NCBI GenBank assembly: GCA_040954595.2
Contig: CM082592.2
Location: 5,302,209-5,366,208, forward strand
Length of the DNA: 64,000 nt
Direction: 5' to 3'
Origin: Balanoglossus misakiensis
Lineage: Eukaryota; Animalia; Hemichordata
In this document: one piece after another, positions 31,801-43,400 of the stretch
Layout: each line of letters begins with the position of its first letter
How positions within the stretch are numbered: the stretch's first letter is position 1
Translations under genes and position numbers: made by a program
The notes under the pieces: generated by a model
Database searches by the model: none
Told to the model about the DNA's origin: nothing
Seen by the model: only the letters and a program-made list of their open reading frames with translations

Positions 31801-34800
31801 TGTGCAATACCATGCCATACTCGAATCACTAAAAGACAACTACACAATTATAAATAGTGAACCATCAAGAATCGATCATGCTTCCTTAGTGCATTGTTTT
31901 TCTCTCCAAATGTACAACATCAGGATAAAGAAATCTCCGGGGAGTACCGTCCCTCTCCTACAGATTCCGGGATATTTTTTTACAGAAAAAAAGAAAAAAA
32001 AAATATCTCCCCTTTTTTTTGCACGGACGATCATCATACGGAGCATCAAAAACCTTACCTCTTTATCATCCCATTTTTCCGTTTTTTGCTGGTAAAACGA
32101 TAGTCAAAGCAAAAAGCATTAGGGCATGCATTAAAAATAAAATACCACTACGGAAGTGGAAGAGAGGAGATGGGCGTGTTGAGATTGTGTGTTGCCACGG
32201 AAACTGAAAGAAACAAAAAGGAGGGGGACAAAAGCGACTACAGAGAGTGTCTTACGTGACAGAGATCGGTGATTTGTATACTGTCTGATTAGTTAGGGGA
32301 TGGTCATTTTCTTTTTGGGGGGAGGGGAGAGAGAAAGCCTACAGAATCTGATAGTGATAGTGGTTTCCCTTGTGATGCCTGTGTGTGCTTGGCACAGCTG
32401 CAGATGCCAGGCCTGGCCGTGACGTTAAAGTGGCACTTACCGACTGCTGCGTCCTCGGCCGGATTTCTTTTTCTTCTTCTTCGGTGGAGGTGACGGAGAG
32501 GACTCCGGGTCCGGAATGATGCTGGAAAGGGGAGGACAAAATACTCCTTGTTAAATAAACTGTCACTGATTCAGAGTGGAGAATGTTTAGTGTACTCAAC
32601 ATCCGGCCCCCAGATTCAGGGAAATTTGTCTCTTTTTGTGACAATGGGTTGCCTGCCTTTAAAAGTCCATTATAATGAAAACAGGCCAGGTCCTGTAACA
32701 TTATTCCCTGTGAAGAGCATTTGGTGCAAGCACGTTTCATGGTATCTGACTATAAACTGATACAAGAAACTGAAGGCTACATTGGGGTACATGTACTTCA
32801 AGCAAGAGGAAAACAGACTTTATAAGGGATTGGAGTGTGTGTGTCCAACACCTCTGCATTTGTGTGAAATGTCAAAGAGCTCTCAAGAACTAACAGTGTT
32901 AGACTAGAGAAGGGGGAAAGTCTGTCACACAAGCTCATTTAGTGAAGTAGACTTAGCTTTCACTTTCTTTCTCAGTCAACTATAGCTTTGAAAATTCAGA
33001 ATAAATTGCTGGTTTGTCATACATAGTGGCTGTGTCACCAAGTTTATAAGAAGACCGCTCTAACAGTCACATCTCCTGGCAGAGTAGTTATCACACACAC
33101 ACCTGTACTGTTTCTGCTCCTCTTCTTTGCCCTTGGCGCCGTCAATGCCCCCAAAGGAACTTCCATCCACGTAACCTTCACTGATGCCAAACGCATCCCG
33201 AAGCTTGGCGTTCTTCTTCTCATTAGCCTCGGCCAGCTGGTGAGTTTCTGTCACACTGCAGGTACACAAGACACATACAATAAAAGATAAGGCTATGTTA
33301 CGATACTGGTACAATTCTGGACAAGTATCTGTACCACATGAAGTACATCTCAAACTTATCTGATACTTCAGATAAAATTTCACCAGTTATCTTTTTTTTA
33401 TTGGAACTAGCAAATTCTACTTTGTGGTAATTTTCTGTCCAAGAAATACTAGGATCTTGAAGATCTAGAATATCCATGGAAACGGTCAGGTTGCAAACCC
33501 AGTGTGAGGAAAATGCAACAAAAGAGACATTTCAGTGACACTTATTCTAGCATACAAAATATAAACTCTCTCACACAGCGTTTAATTCGTCTATTTTTAG
33601 ATTAGCACACTCAATTCAACCAGCAGCAATTACTAGCTGCAAATGGGGCCGTCCATGTAGCTGTCTGCTTGAATTGCATCAGTCTCATCACACTGACAGA
33701 AAAATATTCTCTTTCCTTGAATATTCGGCTGACTAACGTCGTAAGGGCACGACAAGACGTTCAAACATTATATTCAACTTTCATCCAAACTCCTGTATCT
33801 TTCCCTAGTGTATCTGTGTAAATTAAATGTCTTTCTGCATTAAAGTCACCGGCGACCTAGATCGCTAACACACGCTAATGTCAAATTTCATTCGGGTTAG
33901 ACGAGCCTGAAACAGTAAAACACGACATCACTGTTACAAGCCAGTTACGATGTATTTTGCGAGAATTTGAAGGAATTTAACACTCATGTCAATGTTTGCG
34001 TTTCTACGCAGTAGCAATTTGACACAATACATATATAAGAAACAAATGCCGCAATGATATAGCTGATGTCACTGCATATAATTATAACCCAATTCGCTGT
34101 GGTCATTTATTCATCTGTATTGAATTTTTTTTTGCTGGTACGCAAAACATGACAACTATACAATACTTAATTTTGAGACAACTGCACTGTTGGATATTTA
34201 TTCATATGGATATTTATTCATAGTCACTGAAAGGCGCAAAGATCACATATTACACAAATAAATCTTTCACGGTGCATCAATGCATCTAACAGAATATAAA
34301 CCAATATGGACAGTATCAGCCCAATCTCGGCGCACGAACACTTGCTGATGTGCCAGTAAAATCATCAATTACTATCAAATGACTTGTTACCATGGTTACA
34401 GCACATTAAGCTACCTTCTTGATGTTCTGCCATGGTTCCACTTGAGAGAGTGAAATGAGCACTTCGAGAGGAAACTGTCGATTGTTTTTTGCTGTGTAAC
34501 AAAAAAACACTCATTCACTCCCACACTTCAGTATTTGTCTATTACACTATAGCAACTGGGAATTCTTCAAATTAGGCTTCAAAATTGATGTTAATATGAA
34601 AATTACTTTACTCGACTGCAGTACACGACACACCGTCGGGTCCTTGAATAAAATTTCCACAAAAGGAAGGAGATTTATTCCAGCTATTTCACCCAAATTC
34701 TTTGTGAAAACTACGAGCACACACTTCACATACAGTTTGATGATGAAAATCTGAAACTCGACTAACACTACAGAAAAAAGCAACCAATTCCAACGCCGCC

Positions 34801-37264
34801 TCTTTTACTCGAGTGCAATGCTCTATGATGTCGGCAAATATATAATTACAAGCTTCTCAGATCGGAAAGCTGACGGTTCTCTCAATCACTCAACACTCGA
34901 CAAAAGCTACATTCCTCTAAGAACAGCGAAAGAGTTCACCAGTGGAGAATGCATACCCCAAATAACTACTGCAGAATCAACACTCAAAACAGACTCATCA
35001 AAGTCCAATTCTGAGAAAAATACAGACAATCTCCGGTGATCATTAATTCTGTTACTGAGTGGTGTAAATATTTCCAATACAGGAAATATGTACATGTGTG
35101 TTGAAACAAGAAACAGGAAATGTATGCGACCTCAAACCGATTCAGAACACGTCACAAGCAGTGTAGTAAAATGTCATCCAGTTTCTGTTGCTTAAAAGAT
35201 GACACGTTTCTTAGATTTACACTTCCAATTTTACGAAGTACTCTTTCGTGTTTGTCGTGATGTATGCAGACTGAAACAGAATGAGAAATGTCGGCATTCA
35301 CCGAAAAATACCCATGTCGAAAGGTTGTTTGCTCTGAAAGACTAATTGATTCATTGGAGTTGAGTGCGTACATGATAAGATACTATCGCGTTCTTGTTCT
35401 GGCGTGCATGATGTGATAAGAAATTATGTATTAGACCGCTAGATGTTTGAGTGTCTGTAGTGAAATTTATCATTTGATCTGTTGGAAGTGGTTTGTCGCT
35501 TTGCAAGTGCTAATAGAAAAGAAAATGAGACGGATAAGATATTTGCTGTGCCGACAACAAATCAAGTCGTGACATTTGCTCAGTAAAATTGGAACTTTTC
35601 GCAAGAATGCGAAAATTAATTGTCATTTAACATACATTCATATTGATTTCAAGCAATGAAATACAGTCCATATGTTGACATTCTGCAAAACAGATATCTG
35701 ATTGCATCATAAAATTTCCTTTCAAAATGTCTCCCCAAAAACACAGCACCAACTGGCATATAAATATGTGAGGAATCCAAAATGTTACAGTCTGTTCATT
35801 AGCCAGTATCCATGACAATATCAGTATGCAGTGTTATATGCGTTTTAATTAAAATAACATGAATTTCTTTTTATGTCACATCAGACTGCCCTGGACTATG
35901 GCACAGAAATCAATTTCTGAAAGATGAAAGTATGAATAAATACTGGTAAGCATGCACATACTTTTTTCATCAATATGCAAATTATATTGATCATGTGATC
36001 AATAATTTCCCAGCTGTCAAATGTGCATGAAAATCTCTAGAATTTTTTTGATGGACTGCATTCAACAGACAAGAGAGAATATACTAAGGGTTTAAAGGTA
36101 TACAGTCACCTCCAATTTACATACGACCATATATGGCTGAAATGGCGTATTTGAGTGTTCTAAAGAACATTATGGTAGCGCTCTTATTTTTCGCGTGTGC
36201 CACCCACTGAAATTCTGTGATTGGCTAGATCTCCATTTGCCATGGCAACTGTAGCTAATTTTCCATAGGTGACCGTATACCTTTAATTTTCTTTTATATT
36301 TGTGTGACTGCAGGCAAGCAATTTCGTACATTACTTTAATTGCCAGTCCCTGGAAATTTTTCATTTTATGAAAGCTTTGTGGAAAGCCTTAAAAGTTAAC
36401 ACAGACCCTCATTTGTTGTTTTTTAATATGTGCCTTCTTCTACTGAATCAGAATGTTCAATCACCTTACGATTATTAAACTGCATATCAAGGAATTGATT
36501 CAGGGACAAAGGGATGGTAACGCCTTTAGAATTCTGATAGAAACCGATGGCTCAAATTGGTGCTAGTCAAGGGATTCTTCAGGACAAATTTATGCACAAA
36601 TTTTAGATGATGCAATGCCCCCAAATCGATGATTATTTGGGAGTGGGGGGGGGGGGGGGGAGAGAGAATTCATTTTCCAAAGTGGGTGCTCGATGGGATT
36701 TAAATTATTCTTTGACGAGACACCATGCGAGCAGGTGTCTCAAAGAAACACCGCGACATCCATCCGTCATCTTCTTGACACACTCACTGCATCAGTGCTA
36801 ATGCGTCACGAAATATAGATGGGAGGCATGGAAACTGCGCTGGCTGTTGCCGTGGTGACGGGTGACAGACGCAGGCTCTCCCCCCCCTTCTCCCAGCTTG
36901 TTCCGATCACTAATGAAAATGTCAAGACCTGCCTGTCCCTGCAGTGGATTTCCACACCATTTCATCCACGACCACCGGCCACTTCAGGCTGGCTGTCAGT
37001 TCAATACCTGAACTCTGAACCGACAGAACTCACAGTTCTGAGTGGGCAACAAACCTGATCATTGCCGTATACAATCACCTGAGTCTGTCTTGCTCTGCCA
37101 GGTCTCCTTGAAGTCTCAGTCTCAATAATTGCAAAGCCCCGAGGACCTACAAACCCACACAGTTTCCAGTGGTAAGAGGGTTTCTAATGTTGGAACACAT
37201 CTGGTAAATTACAGAGGTCGCGGAACAACATTAATTAAACATTAAACACAGAGTAGTGAGTTTG

Positions 37265-37351
<87 letters not shown>

Positions 37352-37411
37352 ATGATCATCATCATCATCAATGATCATCATCATCATCAATGATCATCAT
37401 CATCATCAATG

Positions 37412-37443
<32 letters not shown>

Positions 37444-40400
37444 CATCATCATCAACAACAACAAGTAGATGTGTCAACTAGGACTGTCACTGATCTGACT
37501 GGCTCACAGACAACCTGGTCGAGAGATCTCACCGGAGCATAGAAACCTTTTCGCAGTGCCTTGTGTTTTTTTTTAATTTCAGTTCAATTCTGAGAAACGA
37601 CTCTCGACTGATCAGAAGCCCTTTACACCCGCTACAAGCGGAAATCACGCAGACTGAAATTCTCACTGCGTTCAAATGTCACCAGCTAACAACCATCCCT
37701 TCATCCAGGTACCCCTCTATCTAGATCGCATGATTATATCTCTCAACCAACCAGCTGCCACACTGTGCCCCCACGGCCGTTCCGAACCCGAAGCCCCAGG
37801 AGTGTGATCATCAGGAACATTACACAGCCACAGATGATCAGAGATACTGACAAGACTTCATCTTGCATCCTACAAGCTCAACTATTGCCTTCTTGATCAT
37901 TTCGCATTTTACAAGAGAATCTCATCCGTGACGCCGTAGCCCATTCTCTTTTCAGTGTGCTAATTTACATGCGTCTTTGTGTGAAAGCGCCTACAACATG
38001 TACACAGAGACATCAATCATCTGGATTTTAAATATAGAAAATATTCAGGAAATTTGACGGATTCATTGCACATTGACCTGTTTGGGCATATTTCTGCCGG
38101 TGTTTTACATGCATGACCTTTTAATACCAAACGGCTCATGATATGTGATAGAAATGCCTTTCATTTTCTGATTGACGTATACTGAGTGTGGTACATGTAG
38201 CAGGGACTCACTCCGATTCTGTACATGGATATGCAAGCACTATAGAATGCACTGAGATAGCAATGTATAAATACGTGATCCTTTCATTTTCACCCTGTTG
38301 ATCCCCCCTCTTCTCTTTTATTCCCTAATCATAACTACATTTCCAGAAATGAAAAAAATACACACGCACATCATTCACAAACAATACAACCACATCATTG
38401 CTCATATGAATATTGTCACTGGTGAAAAATATCTAAATATAAAACAGTACAATGCGTGCTGTTCAGCATAGAATGCCTCATTACTTTTCCAGGAGACCAT
38501 GCATAATTCCATAACTCCTCCCTTCCCTGTGCACAGCACTGCCTTTACCACTGGAAAAAAAACTTGAGTTGACTCAAACTCTCATGTTGAAAGGTTTACT
38601 CTTACAATAAGCTGGGGGGAGATTTGTTACTTATGCGTAAAATTTGCCTGCAAGATGCCTGCTGTTCAAATGATTAATTCTTCTTCCATGCCATTCATTC
38701 GGAAAATTTTTCCAATTACCCGAAGAAAATTACAATATGTCCCAGAGAGATGGAAGTATCTAAATCCAAATGTGGCCTACAAGACCAGAATATGATCAGA
38801 ATATGATCAGCCCCGTGACACATCCCTTTGCACTACATATCTGCTTTTAATATACTGGTACTCCCCTTTCCTCTAACTGTAGGTGAATGGTTGTCATGAT
38901 CACAATGAAACAAAGACAGCTACATGTATATTTGTAAGAAAAAGATGATGGTATGAGATCCAATGACCTTTGATTCTAGCTATAACAAATGATTCAGATT
39001 TTGAATACATACACGTGTATACTTGTATATCAACATGGAAAAATAGCCTGATTACCAGTCAATAGAAAATTTCATCATGCAAAAATTAAGCAAGCACACA
39101 TTGATATTTCAACCAGAAGGAATGCCAGTTATATTATCTATAAACAACTACAAGTCTTCACAACATCTCAGTTTGTTTTATATACTCTGGAGAGAACACT
39201 CAAATGACAGTTACCATCACACAATTAAAAGAAAGTTCATCAATTTTATCTAATTTCAAAATTCCCAAAATGATTAAATATGGCACCTACATGATAATAC
39301 AAGTATCTGTATTAGTGGAGGCGTCTCGCATGAGACGTGGTTGGGAGAACGCTCGCAGAGTCGGTCTCCAGAATCTCTCAAACAGCACTCGATTCTCGGT
39401 CGATGGCGTCGCCATTATCGCTGGGTTATCCTGAGCATTGTATCTTACATGACATCACACCATATCTGGTCTCGGACTGCCACGGAGCATCGTTCAAACT
39501 TTCCAAAACAAAGGGCCCAGCTGAGGATCTCCCTGACAAAATTTGGCAAAACTGAACACACAAGATGCAAAAACGCTGCCGACATCAACGGACAAAAACC
39601 CAAGCAACCACTAATGATGCCTGTTTGCCCCGCGATATTTTTCTCATTCCTATGCGTTCATTGATCTGCAGAGCAGTGCCACCTGTTCAGTTCCCAAACG
39701 GACAAATATGTTGAAATGCAGCGTTACCATAATTTATGCAAATTCATTCAGACTTCCAGCAAATCAGAATCCGTGTGGCGGTCAGACCAACCGTGCTAAT
39801 TTTAATCATGACCCTTTGATAACTTGTATCTTCTGCTGGTATACACGACAGCAAAAGGTGTGTCACACCCACAACGATGTTCTGCCACATTTTAAGTTGA
39901 ATTCAGCTTTGCCATATGACATCCGACAATCTGAGCTGATGTTCATGAGTAATGATGGATTTCAGACTTGCACTAGGTACTTCTAACAATGAAACTGCAT
40001 TGAAACAGTTTACAAGTGGTTAGCCACTTATATTAATAATAAAGTATTTTAAACAAAGTCACAGTGCCCCCACTCAAACTAAAGAGCCCTGGACAACATT
40101 CAGGTCAATGTGACCTGTACAGACAAAGTATTTGTCGACATACTATTCGCATACATAGAATAACAATTAAATACCACATATACTGTAATACTTTACTGAT
40201 ACACTGTTCTGATGAAAATAATAACCCATTGAAGATTTCCACTCAATAACATGGCTTAATATGAGTGGCTCAAATCATGAAGAGTAAATACCAAATTTAT
40301 CCTCCATACATGTAGCTAGTTCAAGACTAATTGAATTATAGAGTATTTGCCTACAGTGTTAAAGATTTCAAGGCTCAACTTTTTACGTCATTACTGACTA

Positions 40401-43400
40401 CCCCCTCAAGCACCGTCCATAGATTCGCTGACATCCCATTTTATTCCAGTCACATCTGCATGTCCTGTTTATCAAAGAATGAGTCAGTAAACCGCCAGTG
40501 CCTGGGGGACTATCATTTATAAAATGACTGGGAAAAATACATTATGCTGGGATGGAAAGTGCAATGAATCGACCTCCATTTCTTTTGCTTTGTGCATTAC
40601 CTCTCCAGGGTACACAAAGTCGCTATATATACTCGTGTACGGTTGCCAGTTATGTAAATAACAGGCTTCCTTGTGTTAGACAGGCCAGGTATCTGGGGAC
40701 TTCAAACCAGATGAGGATTTATACTAACATTGACAAATACAGTACGCTGGATTATACTGCAACTAATTCTGGTTGACAAGTCTTCAGTAATCCGTCCATT
40801 CCAAACCAGGTGCAAATATAATCTCACTGTTTTCTGCTGGCCAATAAGCCACAGACAGAGGAACAGAAGGCATCCACAGAGAGCGAATGCTCAGGACTCT
40901 GTGGACAGACACACGAATGACAGTTTGGCAAGATGTTGAGTGACGATCTTAATAGCAGATGGACACATGTATACTGCCAGGATGTTGGTTCTTAATTTAG
41001 CCTACCAGTAACTACATTGTATAGGTGGAAGTGTCCTAAATATTCAACGATAATGAGTAATTATGTTAATTTGATATTATAGTCCTCCAAGTTACAGATA
41101 TAACCTGAGATGGCACCCACCAACCTGCAATGTTAACAGGGTATGGTCACCATATGCCGTGTATGGTCAGAAGAGGATGTCTTAGAGTTGGAGTTGCACA
41201 CTCATACGCAAGTACATGTATTCCGTATGTTTCTAATCTATCATACAAGTGAAGAATTCACAAAGTCTGACACACATGTAGACAGACACTCTGACAGACC
41301 GGTGGTCAGACATATTGGAGATGTCCAAGCTAGTGAATGCCAAATACCCAACTATCACACACACATGCACACACAGATGCCCACACACATATATACACAC
41401 ATCCCCCCACAACACGCACACACACACACGTACACACAACCCAACCATATATATCACTCTTGCTCTCCAAGAAGAAATTACAACTAAACGTGTCTAATTT
41501 GTACTTGCAGACGTCAGCTGGACATGACAGACGCCATACACAGACTCTTCATGTACCGTCAAACAGGAATAAACACTTACACAGGTCGACCGGAATCATC
41601 ATCCTTGATAACCACACCTTCCTTGTCCATTAACATCTGACGGAAAATGGCGACTTTCTCTGCGATCTTGTCAGCCGGATATCTACAGTGGAATACAAGA
41701 ATAAGTTAACACAAACATAAAAATACTGTTAGCTTGTAACTTGTAGAGAATAGAATAATTAAACACACAGTTGCTACTGCAATTGTATTTTTCAGAAATG
41801 TCCACCGAAAACGATAGATGTTTCACCAAACGGTAGCACCAACAGGGTTACACAGAATTTTTGGACAAGAAGAGTTTATTGTATGCACTTGCAAGATTTA
41901 AAGCTAGAAATCAAATGCATCAGTTCAAGGCATTCCGTAACTTTCTGGAGACAATTTAACCCTTTCACCCCCATTTCCCTAATATAAAGGTCGAACTTTA
42001 CTATGGAAAGCAATGGAATTTGGCCAAACCATGGTAATGAAAGGGTGAACCAGGTAGTCTACTTTTATGCCATAACGAAAGCACAGACACGTTCCACTTA
42101 TTGTCTCTGCATCACGCAAGTCTCGGAGAAATGTCACGGAAGCAGTATTTCTCCAATAGAGCTCTCAAAAACCCTCCACGAGGCCGTGTATCACAGAAGT
42201 GCAATTTCATCTGGATTGAATCAATGCGCAAACGTCAGCGAGATCAGCATTGTAAAGCAGAGCGTTTCCATGGCAGCAGACTGCATTTGTATTCACACAC
42301 AAAAAACACATCAATCGGTTTGGGTTTTCCACTAAAACCCCTGTAATTAGGTGATGTAATTTCATCTGTTGGCACGATGCGTCCGCGGAACGCACCAAAT
42401 AAGCAATCTTCGCATTTTAGAAAATGTGATTTAGAAAAATTCTTTCAGGGGCTTGATCTGTGTTCACACAATTGTCGTCTGTAAAACGTATAATACTCAG
42501 AACTAACTCTCCTTATCGAAGAGAGGTTCTTGGAAAATGCAATGCACACAGCCTAGGGGCACTAGTGTTCGTGAAATTAAACCATATTGCGATTCATGGG
42601 AGAGCTAGAAATCAGCACTGGCTAAGTGCAACAAATACTAAAACTCATTTAGAATTTCTCTCTTCTTGATGAGGCGTTTCACAATATACCCCGATCAATT
42701 TCATGACGGGACTTCTTAAACACAGTCCACATCAATCTAAGACTGCAAGAATGGGGGAAATGTCAGCAAATAATCCCAAAACAAAATGGCTGACCATTCT
42801 ATTGTGACAGACTTGATGAACTTGCAGTGCCCATGATCTTAGTTGTGACATCTGTCGTATACTATCTTTCAGTCTGACTTTCATTTCAATCCTTGACTGA
42901 TTGTGAATGCGAGTCTTATCCTCGGGAATCGAACTGTTGCACGTAGTTTATTCCATAATCTTGTCAATACTTCAAAGAGCCTTGTCTGGGATTGTGAAGC
43001 AATCTCGTATACAGGTGGTAATGTCATGATCTCTACATCACCGTGCCGGGTAAAAGCAAAGAAAATTGATTTATGGACAGACGGACAGAGCCTGATATCA
43101 ACACCAATTAAGACTGGATTTTAGGCCTAAACTTGTCACAGCCCTTTATCTAACAGCATTTTCACAAACAGTAATTTCATTTTTGAAAAGTTCTTTGATC
43201 TCGTGCAGGGCTGTTGCAGGTTAGAACTACTCAATGCTGGCCACTGCGTCATTTATCTCTCTCTTGAGACGCACAAATTGAAACGATTAAGAAAGCATTT
43301 TATCACATAAAATGCTAGATGTTGTCACCATTTGAAAATACATCATAGCAGGTGACCATCTCGATTTGCGGTCAATCTCTTTTTTAGTGATTTTTTCCAC

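Noticed and set aside
32343-32397. Possible extra Srrm exon (cag|CTGTGCC...TTCT|gtaggc)
   Set aside because: Would leave only a 43-nt intron and is not frame-preserving.
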